A stretch of DNA of 64,000 nt, taken from Candidatus Shikimatogenerans bostrichidophilus (GTDB lineage Bacteria > Bacteroidota > Bacteroidia > Flavobacteriales > Blattabacteriaceae). This document shows, in pieces, positions 37,696 to 48,449 of the stretch (positions within the stretch are counted from its first letter, which is position 1; the number at the start of each line of letters is the position of its first letter). The DNA lies in assembly GCA_029851385.1 (NCBI GenBank), contig CP099833.1, forward strand, positions 87,455-151,454, in the 5' to 3' direction. The translations under genes were made by a program, and so were the position numbers. Below the pieces are notes generated by a model. That model was given only the letters and a program-made list of their open reading frames with translations, had not been told where the DNA came from and ran no database searches.

Positions 37696-38560
37696 AGAAG
37701 AATCAAAGTCTTTAAACAAATATTTGAATGATATTAGTAAAATACCATTATTAAATAATATAAACGAAAAAAAAATAGCGATAATTATACAAAAAAGTAA
37801 AAATTATAAGAATAATATAAAAAGATTAAGAATTAAAAAATATGCTCAAAATTTATTAATTAAATCTAATTTAAGGTTTGTAGTATCTATAGCAAAACAA
37901 TACCAAAATCAAGGATTGTCATTATCTGACTTAATTAATGAAGGTAATATAGGATTAATTAAAGCTGCAGAAAAATTTGATGTAAATAGAGGATATAAAT
38001 TTATATCTTATGCTGTATGGTGGATAAAACAAAGTATTTTACAGGCGATAGCAGATTTTTCTAAATGTGTAAGATCTCCTACTAACAAAATAGCTTTTTT
38101 AAATAAAATTAATAGGGTAACTACTTATTTAGAACAAAAATTACAAAGGCAACCTACTATAAAAGAATTAGCGAAAAATTTATCTGTTACAGAAAAAGAA
38201 ATTGAAGATGTACTAAAATTAAATGGTAAAAATATTTCTTTAGATGCTCCTTTAATAGAAGGAGAAGGGTTGAATCTTTATGATGTAATTAGCTCTAAAA
38301 ATGTACCTAATCCAGATAAAAAGTTAAAAACTGAATCTTTACAAAAAGATATAAAAAAATGTTTAAGTATTTTATCCAAAAGAGAAAAACAAGTAATTAT
38401 ATATTCTTGTGGATTATTTGGACAGAACTTAATGACTTTCGAAGAAATAGCAAAATTATTTAATTTAACCAGAGAAAGAGTCAGACAAATACAAATTAGT
38501 GCAATAAATAAATTAAAAAAAACAGATAAAATTAATATATTAAAATCTTATTTAGGTTAA
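37670..38560 (+). CDS. rpoD: Primary sigma-70 factor (short Bacteroidota type)
   Basis: [41 protein letters not shown]. Confidence 0.93.
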   Translation: MKNYQTINKEESKSLNKYLNDISKIPLLNNINEKKIAIIIQKSKNYKNNIKRLRIKKYAQNLLIKSNLRFVVSIAKQYQNQGLSLSDLINEGNIGLIKAAEKFDVNRGYKFISYAVWWIKQSILQAIADFSKCVRSPTNKIAFLNKINRVTTYLEQKLQRQPTIKELAKNLSVTEKEIEDVLKLNGKNISLDAPLIEGEGLNLYDVISSKNVPNPDKKLKTESLQKDIKKCLSILSKREKQVIIYSCGLFGQNLMTFEEIAKLFNLTRERVRQIQISAINKLKKTDKINILKSYLG

Positions 38561-38592
38561 TTATAAGAGATATATTAAAATATCTCTTATAA
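38561..38592. terminator. Hairpin between convergent rpoD and pfkA (putative bidirectional terminator)
   Basis: Perfect 13-bp stem TTATAAGAGATAT-ATTAAA-ATATCTCTTATAA. Confidence 0.7.
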
Positions 38593-39546
38593 ATAAGTAT
38601 TATAAAGATTATTTTTATTAAATTTTTTCTTTTTATTAATTAATTTATTTAAATTTATATTAATAATTTTATTATTCTTTACTCCTATAACTATATTATT
38701 ATTATAATTAATTATTTTTTTTACCGATTCTTTACCAAATAAAAAACCTAAAAGTCTATCTATACATGAAGGTGAACCACCTCTTTGTATATATCCTAAT
38801 ATAGTTTTTCTAATTTCATATTTATTAATATTTTTTTTAATTTTTTTATATATTAATTTAGAAGCATTACCAATATATTTATTTTCTGCTACTATAATAA
38901 TATTAGAGTAATTTTGGTTATTTTTTATATATTCTTCTATTTTATTAATATTATATTCATTATTGTATACTATATATAAAGGACTTAATGCTAACCCACT
39001 ATAATAAGCTAAGTATCCTGTATTTCTTCCCATTACTTCTATTATAAATATTCTATTATTAGAAGATGCGATTTCTTTAATTTTGTCTATACTTCGTATT
39101 ATAGAATTTAATGCGCTATCATAGCCTAAAGTTAAATCAGTACCATATATATCATTATCTATAGTACCAGGTATCCCTATTATAGGTATGTTATATTCAT
39201 TACTAAATTTGCTTATTCCTTTTAAACTACCATTTCCACCTATAATTATCAAACCATCTATATTATTATAATTTAAATTTTTATATGCTATTTCACGACC
39301 TTTTTTAGTATAAAATAGTTTAGATCTACCAGTACCTAGTATAGTACCTCCTAAATTTATTATATTTTTTACTTTATTATTTGATAGTCTTTTATATTTA
39401 TTTAATATTAAACCTCTATAACCAAATTTAAATCCTATAGATTTTATTTTATAAATAGATGCGTAATTTACTATAGATTTTATAGTAGTATTCATACCTG
39501 GAGAATCTCCTCCAGACGTTATAATACCTATTCTTTTAATTTTCAT
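38587..39546 (-). CDS. pfkA: 6-phosphofructokinase
   Basis: TSGGDSPGMN, GGTILGT, IGGNGS, PGTIDND, EVMGR, LGYIQRGG. Confidence 0.95.
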   Translation of the reverse strand: MKIKRIGIITSGGDSPGMNTTIKSIVNYASIYKIKSIGFKFGYRGLILNKYKRLSNNKVKNIINLGGTILGTGRSKLFYTKKGREIAYKNLNYNNIDGLIIIGGNGSLKGISKFSNEYNIPIIGIPGTIDNDIYGTDLTLGYDSALNSIIRSIDKIKEIASSNNRIFIIEVMGRNTGYLAYYSGLALSPLYIVYNNEYNINKIEEYIKNNQNYSNIIIVAENKYIGNASKLIYKKIKKNINKYEIRKTILGYIQRGGSPSCIDRLLGFLFGKESVKKIINYNNNIVIGVKNNKIININLNKLINKKKKFNKNNLYNTYL

Positions 39547-39551
39547 ATTTT

Positions 39552-40163
39552 TTATTTATAAGGTAATTTTCTTTTTTTTTTATAAATATCATCATCATCA
39601 TCGTCATCATCATCATCGCCGTCATCATCGTCATCGTCATCATCGTCATCGTCATCATCGTCATCGTCATCATCGTCATCGTCATCATCGTCATCGTCAT
39701 CATCGTCATCATCATCATCGTCGTCATCATCGTCATCGTCATCATCGTCATCATCATCATCGTCGTCATCATCGTCATCGTCATCATCATCATCACTATT
39801 ATCATTGTCTAAATCATCTTCATCGTTTATATCATAACTACGATATAAATCTAATTTAGGATCACTTTTTAAAAAATTTAAATCTTTATTATCTACTTTT
39901 TCTATTTTCCATGCTTGTATATTATTAAAATATTTAGTAGTTCCATCTTTATTAATAAATTCCCTACCTTTTATATTGATAAATACTTTTACTCTATCAT
40001 TTATTTTAATATAATTTAGTAATTCTATTTTTTTTTGTATAAAATCGATTATAATATTTTGAGGATATTGCTCATCAGTTATTAATATTATACTTTGTTT
40101 TTTAAAATTATTTTTAAATTCCTGTAATTCTAATATATTTTTAATTCTACCTATTAAATACAT
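39552..40163 (-). CDS. DUF3127-family (OB-fold, SSB-like) protein with a poly-Asp tail
   Basis: F.K...I.T.EQYPQ.I.I.F.Q.K, V.V.INI.GRE, KYFN.IQAWKI; then D58-G-D10. Confidence 0.85.
   Translation of the reverse strand: MYLIGRIKNILELQEFKNNFKKQSIILITDEQYPQNIIIDFIQKKIELLNYIKINDRVKVFINIKGREFINKDGTTKYFNNIQAWKIEKVDNKDLNFLKSDPKLDLYRSYDINDEDDLDNDNSDDDDDDDDDDDDDDDDDDDDDDDDDDDDDDDDDDDDDDDDDDDDDDDDDDDDDDDDDDGDDDDDDDDDDIYKKKRKLPYK
39588..39794. repeat. Coding trinucleotide-derived tandem repeat ((GAT/GAC)n on the - strand) with 15-bp and 42-bp periods
   Basis: 69 codons: 68 Asp and 1 Gly. GTCATCATCGTCATC occurs 6 times at 39621-39710; two near-identical 42-bp units at 39711-39752 and 39753-39794. Confidence 0.97.
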
Positions 40164-40237
40164 AACTTATAATTTTTTAAAGTTTAAATAATATAATATA
40201 CTATATAAAATTGAATGACTAAATAATATTTTATATT

Positions 40238-40540
40238 CTAAAATAACCCCAATTTAAATTTAGCTTCATCAGACATCATATTTATATTCCATGATGGTTT
40301 AAATGTTATTTTTACAATTATATCATTTATAAAATTAATCTTTTTTTTTATATATTTTTTAATATTATAGACTATATCATTTACTAAAGGACAGTTTGGA
40401 GTTGTTAATGTCATAAGTATAAAAACTTTTTTTTTATTCTTATTATATTTTAACTTATAAATTAATCCTAAGTCGTAAATATTTATTTTAATTTCTGGAT
40501 CTATAATTTGTTTTAATATCGAAATAATCTTTTTTTTCAT
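40238..40540 (-). CDS. SufT/DUF59 Fe-S cluster assembly protein
   Basis: DPEI.INIYDLGLIY, MTLTTPNCP, F.P.W...MMSDEAK..LG. Confidence 0.92.
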   Translation of the reverse strand: MKKKIISILKQIIDPEIKINIYDLGLIYKLKYNKNKKKVFILMTLTTPNCPLVNDIVYNIKKYIKKKINFINDIIVKITFKPSWNINMMSDEAKFKLGLF

Positions 40541-40595
40541 TAATTAAAAATTTATATATTTTTATTAAAATAAATTTTTATTAATTAAATTAATA

Positions 40596-41222
40596 ATGAT
40601 TATAAATAAAAAATTATATAATTATATAGTAAAATTTTCAAATGATAAAGAATCAAAATATTTAAAAAATATTAGGAAAAAGTCTTATAATAATATTAAA
40701 AAAAATAGTATGTCAGATTTTTTACAAGGTAGATTATTAAGTATTATTTCTAGAATAAAAAATCCTAAATATATATTAGAAATAGGTACATTTTTAGGAT
40801 ATTCGACTTTATGCTTATGTGAAGGATTAAGAAAAAAAGGTAAATTAATTTCAATAGAAAAAAACAAAAAAATATTTAATTATGCAAATATAAATATAAA
40901 TAATACAAAATATAAAAAAAAAATAAAAATTTTATTAGGTAATGCATTAAATATATTACCTAAAATAAAAAAAAAATTTGATATTATATTTATAGATGCA
41001 GATAAAAAAAATTATATTAATTATTTAAATTTAATAAAAAATAAAATTAAAAAAAAAGGTATTATTTTGGTAGATAATGTATTATGGAAAGGATTAGTAA
41101 TTAAAAAAAAAAAGGACAAATTTACAAAAATTATTTATAAATTTAATAAAAAATTAAAAAAAAATAATTATAATAATATAATAATACCAATTAGAGATGG
41201 TATTAATTTAATAGTTAATTAA
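40596..41222 (+). CDS. SAM-dependent O-methyltransferase (Methyltransf_3; TrmR/YrrM-like)
   Basis: QGRLL, LEIGTFLGYS, FIDADKKNY, DNVLWKG, PIRDG. Confidence 0.9.
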   Translation: MIINKKLYNYIVKFSNDKESKYLKNIRKKSYNNIKKNSMSDFLQGRLLSIISRIKNPKYILEIGTFLGYSTLCLCEGLRKKGKLISIEKNKKIFNYANININNTKYKKKIKILLGNALNILPKIKKKFDIIFIDADKKNYINYLNLIKNKIKKKGIILVDNVLWKGLVIKKKKDKFTKIIYKFNKKLKKNNYNNIIIPIRDGINLIVN

Positions 41223-42652
41223 TTATCGTTAATAATTATATAATCACTAATAATATCTCTAATTTTATCAGAGTATATATAATCTTTTTTTATTCTCATC
41301 TCATTTCTAATTTTTAATAAATTATTTATAATTTTTTTTATATTAATACTTTTTTTATTCTTTTCTTTTTTTAAACCTAATATATCAATAATAAAATATT
41401 TCAATATTTTATTAAGTTTATATAAATCACTTTTATTAATTTGTAGTACATTATTTATACATTCATCTATTATATTATTAATTTTATTTAAATTATAAAT
41501 CAATAATGGTATGTTAAAATCATCATTAATAGAATTATAACAATTTTCGTATATTTCCAAAATATTAATATAAGATGAAGTTATATTTTGGGTCTTTATT
41601 CTTTTTATTTTATTAAAAATATTTAATAAATTATAGTAAATATTAATAGTTTTTCTTAAATTATTATAAGAAAAATTTATATTATTTCTATAATGAGTTT
41701 GTATTAAATATAATCTTATAATTAATGGATTTATATTAATATTATCTGTAATTCTATAACGACCTTTAATAATATCATAAGGTAATATATAATTATTTAA
41801 AGATTTACTCATTTTTTTATTATTTATAGTTAATATATTAGTATGAATCCAATATTTGGCAAGATTATTATTATTATTGTTTATAATATTAGACTGAATT
41901 ATTTCACATTCATGATGTGGAAATTTTAAATCAATACCTCCTCCATGTATATCGAAATATTCTCCTAAAAATTTATTACTCATAGTGGTACATCCTATAT
42001 GCCAACCTGGAATACCTTTCCCCCATTCAGTATTCCATCTTATTAAGTCATTATAATTATAATTTTTCCATATAGAAAAATCATATATGTTTTTTTTCTT
42101 ATAATAATTATTTTTATTTCTATTATATGATATATCTATATTATTTAATATTTTACCATATTCTCTAAAATTTTTATTATATTTATATATATTAAAATAA
42201 ATAGATTTATTTAAATTATATCCATATTTTAATTTTATAATCTTTTTTATATTATTGATTTGTTCGTATATATAATTTGTTACTCTTGGTTCAAAATTTG
42301 GTTTTAATAAATTTAATAATTGTAAAATTTTATAGAATTTTAGTATTTTTTTTTTCATATCATATGAATATATATAATAATTTTTATCCACATTATAATT
42401 TAATTTAAAATTATAATCAGTTAAATTTCTTATATATCTAATATCAAATTTTAAATGGAGTAAATATCTATATATTATATCAAAAAATATAAAGGTTCTA
42501 CAATTACCCAAATGTATCTTTTTATATATACTAGGTCCACAAACATACATTTTTATTAAATTATTATTTATAGGGATAAATAATTCTTTTTTATTTTTTA
42601 AAGTATTGAAAATATAAATTTTATTTTTATATTTATTTATAATTTCTTTCAT
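41219..42652 (-). CDS. cysS: Cysteinyl-tRNA synthetase
   Basis: MYVCGP, HLGN, PGWHIGC, DIHGGGIDL.FPHHECE, KMSKS, SDKIRD. Confidence 0.96.
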   Translation of the reverse strand: MKEIINKYKNKIYIFNTLKNKKELFIPINNNLIKMYVCGPSIYKKIHLGNCRTFIFFDIIYRYLLHLKFDIRYIRNLTDYNFKLNYNVDKNYYIYSYDMKKKILKFYKILQLLNLLKPNFEPRVTNYIYEQINNIKKIIKLKYGYNLNKSIYFNIYKYNKNFREYGKILNNIDISYNRNKNNYYKKKNIYDFSIWKNYNYNDLIRWNTEWGKGIPGWHIGCTTMSNKFLGEYFDIHGGGIDLKFPHHECEIIQSNIINNNNNNLAKYWIHTNILTINNKKMSKSLNNYILPYDIIKGRYRITDNININPLIIRLYLIQTHYRNNINFSYNNLRKTINIYYNLLNIFNKIKRIKTQNITSSYINILEIYENCYNSINDDFNIPLLIYNLNKINNIIDECINNVLQINKSDLYKLNKILKYFIIDILGLKKEKNKKSINIKKIINNLLKIRNEMRIKKDYIYSDKIRDIISDYIIINDN

Positions 42653-42687
42653 AAAAAAATATAATTAATTAATTAAATAAAAAAAAT

Positions 42688-44118
42688 ATGGATGATAAAA
42701 GATATATAGATTTAATTAAATCTACTAATATAGCAGATTACTCTGATATTAAAGGAATAATAATAATTAAACCTTATGGATATAGTATATGGAATAACAT
42801 TAAAATTATTTTTGATAAAATATTAATAAAGAATAAATATAATAATTTATATTTTCCTTTATTAATATCGAAAAAATTATTTCAATTGGAGTATAAAACA
42901 TTAAATATTATACCTAAAGAGTGTGCTATAGTAACTCATAGTAGATTTAAGATTAATAATAATAAATTAATAGTAGATAAAAAATCAAAATTAAATGAAG
43001 AATTAATAATAAGACCTACTTCAGAAACTGTTATATGGTCTACGCTTAAAAGATGGATACAGTCTTATAGGGATTTACCTAAATTAATAAATCAATGGTG
43101 TAATGTTATTAGACTTGAAATGAGGAATAAATTTTTTATAAGGAATTCTGAATTTTTATGGCAAGAAGGGCATAGCATACATAGTAGTAAAAAAGAAGCA
43201 TTATTAGAAATTAAAAAAGTAAAAAAGATGTATAAAAAAATTTTAAAAAATTATCTATGTATACCATTTATAACAGGATATAAGACATTTAAAGAAACTT
43301 TTTTAGGAGCAAAATTTACATATAGTTTTGAAACTATTACTAAAGAAAAAGGTAAGTCTATACAATTGGCTACGATACATTATTTATCTAATAATTTCTC
43401 CAAAGTTTATAATGTTAAATATACAAATATAATGGGTAAACGAGTATGTACATGGGGGACTTCCTGGGGAATTTCTACAAGACTAATCGGAGCTATTATA
43501 ATGATACATAATGACAAAAAAGGACTTATTTTACCGCCTAAAATAGCTCCGATTCAAATTATTATTTTACCCCTTATTGATAATTATAAAATTAAAAGAA
43601 TAATTATTTACCTTAAAGATATATTAAAAAAATCAAATATTACATTTGAAATAGATGATAATTTTAATATAACTCCAGGTAAAAAATTCTATAAATATGA
43701 TAATATGGGGATTCCTATTAAGCTTATCATAGGCATTAATGAGATCCGTAATAATACTGTAGAATTAATCAGAAGAGATACTTTTCAAAAATATTATTTA
43801 TATATTAATAACAATATATATATAAAAATCTTGAAAATTCTAAATAGTATTCAAAAAAGAATCTATATATTCGCGAAAAAAAGAATGAGAACAAAGACAT
43901 ATTTTGTTAAAAGTTTTAAAAGTTTTATAAAAAAAATTAATAGAAATTGTGGTTTCTATGCTACTTATTGGTATAGTAATTCTAAAAATGAATTAACTAT
44001 ACAAAAATTAACTCAATATACTATACGATGTATTATAAAGAAATCGAATAAAAAACATAAATGTTTTTTTAGTAATAAATATACAAATACTAAAATAATA
44101 TTAGGTAAATCATACTAA
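42688..44118 (+). CDS. proS: Prolyl-tRNA synthetase (archaeal/eukaryotic type, as in Bacteroidota)
   Basis: KPYGYSIW, IRPTSET, SYRDLP, NQWCN, EFLWQEGH, SWGISTRLIG, LPPKIAP. Confidence 0.96.
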   Translation: MDDKRYIDLIKSTNIADYSDIKGIIIIKPYGYSIWNNIKIIFDKILIKNKYNNLYFPLLISKKLFQLEYKTLNIIPKECAIVTHSRFKINNNKLIVDKKSKLNEELIIRPTSETVIWSTLKRWIQSYRDLPKLINQWCNVIRLEMRNKFFIRNSEFLWQEGHSIHSSKKEALLEIKKVKKMYKKILKNYLCIPFITGYKTFKETFLGAKFTYSFETITKEKGKSIQLATIHYLSNNFSKVYNVKYTNIMGKRVCTWGTSWGISTRLIGAIIMIHNDKKGLILPPKIAPIQIIILPLIDNYKIKRIIIYLKDILKKSNITFEIDDNFNITPGKKFYKYDNMGIPIKLIIGINEIRNNTVELIRRDTFQKYYLYINNNIYIKILKILNSIQKRIYIFAKKRMRTKTYFVKSFKSFIKKINRNCGFYATYWYSNSKNELTIQKLTQYTIRCIIKKSNKKHKCFFSNKYTNTKIILGKSY

Positions 44119-45017
44119 ATATTATTTAATATATATATAATTTTATTTTTAATTCGATTAAATTCATTAGGATTAAACCAATTTACATCTTTCATTTTTC
44201 TTAACCATATAATCTGTTTTTTAGCATAATTTCTAGTATTTTTTTTTATAGTTGTTATTATTTTATATAAATTATTATACTGAAAAAATTCTTTATATCC
44301 AATAGTATTTAGAGCATGTAATTCTTTATATTGTTTTATTTTTTCTATTTCATCTATTAAACCATTTTTAATCATGTCGTCAACTTTTCTATTTATTCTA
44401 TTATAAATATTTTCTCTACTATCAATTAATCCGATTCTTAAATATTTATTGAATGGTTTACTCTTTTTATTATTTTCATTAAAATAACTAGATAATTTTT
44501 TTTTAGTAAAATATTTTACTTCTAATGCTCTAATTATTTTCCTATTATCTTTTTTATTTTTCAATATTTTATAATAATTATAATCTTCTTTTATTAATTT
44601 TTTTATTAAATAAGAATTATCTTTTTTATATAATTTATCCCTATAAATTAATAATCTTTTTCTATTTATATAAGGTATGTAATTAATACCATTTATAATA
44701 GATTTTTCATACAATAAAGATCCACCTACTAAAAATAATATATTATATTGTTTATATAATTCCTCCATTTTTTTATATACATCTATATAATAATTATATA
44801 CAGTGTAATTGTCTAAGATAGTTTTATGTCCAATGAAATGATGTTTTACTATATTTAATTGTTTATTATTAGGTTTAGAAGTACCTATACTTAATTCTTT
44901 ATAAAATTGTCTAGAATCACAGGATATTATCTCGGAATTAAAATAATTAGCTAATTTTATAGATAAATTAGTTTTACCGATACCTGTAGGTCCTATTATA
45001 GATACTAATAAATTCAT
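44115..45017 (-). CDS. miaA: tRNA dimethylallyltransferase
   Basis: GPTGIGKT, DSRQFY, IGTSKP, VGGS.LY, RALEV, IGYKE, TRNYAKKQ. Confidence 0.96.
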   Translation of the reverse strand: MNLLVSIIGPTGIGKTNLSIKLANYFNSEIISCDSRQFYKELSIGTSKPNNKQLNIVKHHFIGHKTILDNYTVYNYYIDVYKKMEELYKQYNILFLVGGSLLYEKSIINGINYIPYINRKRLLIYRDKLYKKDNSYLIKKLIKEDYNYYKILKNKKDNRKIIRALEVKYFTKKKLSSYFNENNKKSKPFNKYLRIGLIDSRENIYNRINRKVDDMIKNGLIDEIEKIKQYKELHALNTIGYKEFFQYNNLYKIITTIKKNTRNYAKKQIIWLRKMKDVNWFNPNEFNRIKNKIIYILNNI

Positions 45018-46078
45018 TATTTATATATTTTATTAATCAAATAATAATCTAATAATACTAAAGCTGCCATAGATTCAACTATAGGTATAGCACGAGGTAA
45101 TACGCATGGATCATGTCTACCTTTAATTTTTATTTTTATTTTTTTATTATTTTTATCTACTGTATACTGTTCTTTTTTTATAGTTGATATTGGTTTAAAT
45201 GCAATTTTTAAATATATATCCATACCATTAGATATACCTCCTTGGATACCACCTGAATAATTAGTTTTAGTTTTAAAATTTTCTATAAATCGATCATTGT
45301 GTTCAGATCCTAACATGGTAGTACCTTTAAACCCACTCCCATATTCGAAACCTTTTGCTGCATTAATACTTAACATAGCCTTACCTAATTCAGAATGTAA
45401 TTTATTGAATACAGGTTCTCCTAATCCAACTGGAACATTTTTAATTACACATACTATAGTACCACCTAATGTATCTCCTTTCTTTTGATATTTCTTAATT
45501 AAATGAATCATTTTATTTGATATATTAATATCAGGACATCTAATTATATTTGTTTCTATGTCTTCTTTATTAATATTATCATAATCCTTATTTAATTTAA
45601 TATTACCTACAGAATTAACATAAGCATATATTTCTATATCTTTTAAAATTTGTTTTGCTATACTACCTGCTAAAACCCTACATACTGTTTCTCTTGCTGA
45701 AGATCTACCTCCCCCTCTATAATCTCTATTTTTATATTTTTTATGATAAGTATAATCAGCATGAGATGGTCTATAAGCATGTTCTATATTCGAATAATCT
45801 TTAGATTTCGTATCCTTGTTATAAATAACGAATCCTATAGGTGTACCTGTAGTAATATTATTATATATACCCGATAAAATTTCAAATTTATCTAATTCTT
45901 TTCTAGGTGTTACTATATCAGATTGTCCAGTTCTTCTTCGATTTAATTCATATTCTATTTTTTTATAATCTATTTTAATTCCTGATGGACATCCATCTAT
46001 TATCCCACCTAAAGCTTTACCATGACTTTCACCAAAAGTAGTTAATTTAAAAATTTTTCCTATAGTATTACCAGGCAT
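45017..46078 (-). CDS. aroC: Chorismate synthase
   Basis: [41 protein letters not shown]. Confidence 0.98.
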   Translation of the reverse strand: MPGNTIGKIFKLTTFGESHGKALGGIIDGCPSGIKIDYKKIEYELNRRRTGQSDIVTPRKELDKFEILSGIYNNITTGTPIGFVIYNKDTKSKDYSNIEHAYRPSHADYTYHKKYKNRDYRGGGRSSARETVCRVLAGSIAKQILKDIEIYAYVNSVGNIKLNKDYDNINKEDIETNIIRCPDINISNKMIHLIKKYQKKGDTLGGTIVCVIKNVPVGLGEPVFNKLHSELGKAMLSINAAKGFEYGSGFKGTTMLGSEHNDRFIENFKTKTNYSGGIQGGISNGMDIYLKIAFKPISTIKKEQYTVDKNNKKIKIKIKGRHDPCVLPRAIPIVESMAALVLLDYYLINKIYK

Positions 46079-46157
46079 ATTATTTTAAAAATAAATCAAT
46101 TATATTTAATATATAAAAATATATTATAATAAATATTATAAAAAAAAATATTAATGT

Positions 46158-48074
46158 ATGAATTATAAAACATATACAGCAAAAAATATACAATATTTAG
46201 AAGGTATTGACCATATAAGAAAAAGACCTTCTATGTATATAGGAGATACTAATATAAATGGATTACATCATTTATTGTATGAATTATTAGATAATTCATT
46301 AGATGAATTTTTAGAAGGTTATTGTAACAAAATAAAAATAATAATTTTTAAAAATGATAAAATATCTATAGAAGATAATGGTAGAGGGATACCTATAGAT
46401 TATAATAAAAAAAATAAGAAAACTGCTTTAGAATTAGTTCTAACTAAAATAGGAGCTGGAGGTAAATTTGATAATAAAACATACAAAATTTCTAGTGGAT
46501 TACATGGAGTAGGATTATCGTGTGTTAATGCTTTATCTAAAAAATTAAATATAAATATTTTTAGAAATAATAAAATATATAATCAAATATATTCTAAGGG
46601 AAAACCTATTACTAAGTTAAAAATTTTAGGTTATACATATAAAACTGGTACTAGAATTAAATTTACTATTGATAATAAAATTTTTAAATATAGAAAATTT
46701 AATTACAATATAATAGTTAATAAATTAAAAGAAATATGTTTTTTAAATAAAGGTTTAAAAATATATTTATTTGATAAAAGAATTAAAAAGAAAGATATAT
46801 TATATTCTGATAAAGGTTTGTTAGATTATATTAATTATATAGATACTAATAATAAAAAATCTGTAATTAAAAAAGATATATATATTAAAGATAATATTAA
46901 TAATATATATATAGAAACTATATTAAGATATAAATATAATATAAAAGAAAAAATTATATCTTTTGTTAATAATATAAAAACTATAAATGGAGGAACTCAT
47001 ATCACTGGATTTAAAAGAGGATTAACTAAATCATTTAAAAAATATTTAAATTATATAAATAGTATTAAAAAAAATATAGACAAAATTAAAGGTAAAGATA
47101 TTAGAGACGGATTAATTGTAATATTAACTATAAAAATGAGTAATCCAGAATTCGAAGGACAAACTAAAAGTAAATTGGTAAATAAGAATATTACGGGGTT
47201 AATAGAAAAAATATTTAAAAAACATATTAATAAATTTTTAGAAGAAAATCCAAAAGAATCTAAAAAAATTTTAGATAAAATTATATTATCATATAGATCT
47301 AGATTTGCAGCACAAAAAGTTAAAGAGTCAATATTTAATAAAAAAAATAGAATATATAATAAAATTACAGGTATACCAGGAAAATTAGCAGATTCTACTT
47401 ATGATAAACCTGATAAATGTGAAATATTTTTAGTAGAAGGTGATTCTGCAGGAGGTACAGCTAAACAAGGAAGAGATCGTAAATATCAAGCTATATTACC
47501 ATTAAAGGGTAAAATTTTAAATGTACAAAAATCTGTAGAAACTAAAATTTTAACAAATAATGAAATAAAAAATATATTTCTTGCCTTAGGAGTAAATTTA
47601 GAAAAGAAAAAAGGAAAAATTATACTTAATATAAATAAATTAAGATATAAAAAAATTATTATTATGACTGATGCTGATGTTGATGGTAAACATATTACAT
47701 CTTTAATATTAGCTTTTATATTTAAATATATGAAAATATTAATTTATAAAGGATATATATATATCGCAAGACCACCATTATACTATATATATAATTCTAA
47801 AATTAAAGAATATGTATGGGATGAATTAAGAAAAAATGAAATAATTAATAAATATAAGAATGTAAGAATACAAAGATATAAAGGATTAGGTGAAATGAAT
47901 TCAGATCAATTATGGAATACTACTATGAATCCTAAAACTAGAAAATTAAAAAGTATTGTTATTAAAAATAATAAAAGTAGCAAAATAATATTTAATATAT
48001 TAATGGGAGAAAATGTAGGTCCTAGAAAAAAATTTATTAAAAAATATTATAAATATGCTTATTTAGATATATAA
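46158..48074 (+). CDS. gyrB: DNA gyrase subunit B
   Basis: RPSMYIG, DNGRGIP, GLHGVG, EGQTK, VEGDSAGG, PLKGKILN, MTDADVDG, RYKGLGEMN. Confidence 0.95.
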   Translation: MNYKTYTAKNIQYLEGIDHIRKRPSMYIGDTNINGLHHLLYELLDNSLDEFLEGYCNKIKIIIFKNDKISIEDNGRGIPIDYNKKNKKTALELVLTKIGAGGKFDNKTYKISSGLHGVGLSCVNALSKKLNINIFRNNKIYNQIYSKGKPITKLKILGYTYKTGTRIKFTIDNKIFKYRKFNYNIIVNKLKEICFLNKGLKIYLFDKRIKKKDILYSDKGLLDYINYIDTNNKKSVIKKDIYIKDNINNIYIETILRYKYNIKEKIISFVNNIKTINGGTHITGFKRGLTKSFKKYLNYINSIKKNIDKIKGKDIRDGLIVILTIKMSNPEFEGQTKSKLVNKNITGLIEKIFKKHINKFLEENPKESKKILDKIILSYRSRFAAQKVKESIFNKKNRIYNKITGIPGKLADSTYDKPDKCEIFLVEGDSAGGTAKQGRDRKYQAILPLKGKILNVQKSVETKILTNNEIKNIFLALGVNLEKKKGKIILNINKLRYKKIIIMTDADVDGKHITSLILAFIFKYMKILIYKGYIYIARPPLYYIYNSKIKEYVWDELRKNEIINKYKNVRIQRYKGLGEMNSDQLWNTTMNPKTRKLKSIVIKNNKSSKIIFNILMGENVGPRKKFIKKYYKYAYLDI

Positions 48075-48316
48075 TTAATATTATAATTTGTTTTTAAAAT
48101 AGACATAATAGTTTTAGTAGGTTGGGCTCCTTTATTTAACCAATATTTAATATCATTAATATCATTAATAAATATTTTATTTTTTATTAAATTAGGATTA
48201 TATATTCCTATTTTTTTAATTATCTTTCCATCTCTTGGAGATTTAGAATTCGCTATTACTATATAATATATTGGATAATGTTTTTTACCGTGTCTTTGTA
48301 ATCTAATTTTTACCAT
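48059..48316 (-). CDS. rpsP: 30S ribosomal protein S16
   Basis: MVKIRLQRHGKK, SPRDGK, G.YNP, WL.KGAQPT. Confidence 0.96.
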   Translation of the reverse strand: MVKIRLQRHGKKHYPIYYIVIANSKSPRDGKIIKKIGIYNPNLIKNKIFINDINDIKYWLNKGAQPTKTIMSILKTNYNINYISK

Positions 48317-48377
48317 AATAAATTTAATTTCATATTTATATTAAATATATATATATTTATATTTTATAAATATATAA

Positions 48378-48449
48378 AGACTCGTGGTGTAATGGTTAGC
48401 ACCTCAGATTTTGATTCTGATAGTTAAGGTTCGAACCCTTACGAGTCTA
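48378..48449 (+). tRNA. tRNA-Gln(TTG)
   Basis: AGACTCG/CGAGTCT A acceptor stem; TCAGA TT TTG AT TCTGA anticodon arm. Confidence 0.93.

Noticed and set aside
39588..39794. Possible CRISPR array or inserted foreign element (local GC rise)
   Set aside because: No unique spacers, cas genes or terminal repeats; it is an in-frame coding microsatellite.
39536..39805. 89-aa Met/Thr-rich ORF
   Set aside because: It is the shifted-frame reading (ATG/ACG) of the GAT/GAC repeat. The Asp frame is continuous with a conserved domain, and nothing independently supports this ORF.
48059..48074. Short 3' overlaps of convergent genes (gyrB/rpsP, recA/trmH-like, dnaE/korB, tsaD/rpmE)
   Set aside because: Overlaps of 6-16 nt are an ordinary result of genome compaction, with no sign of a dedicated function.
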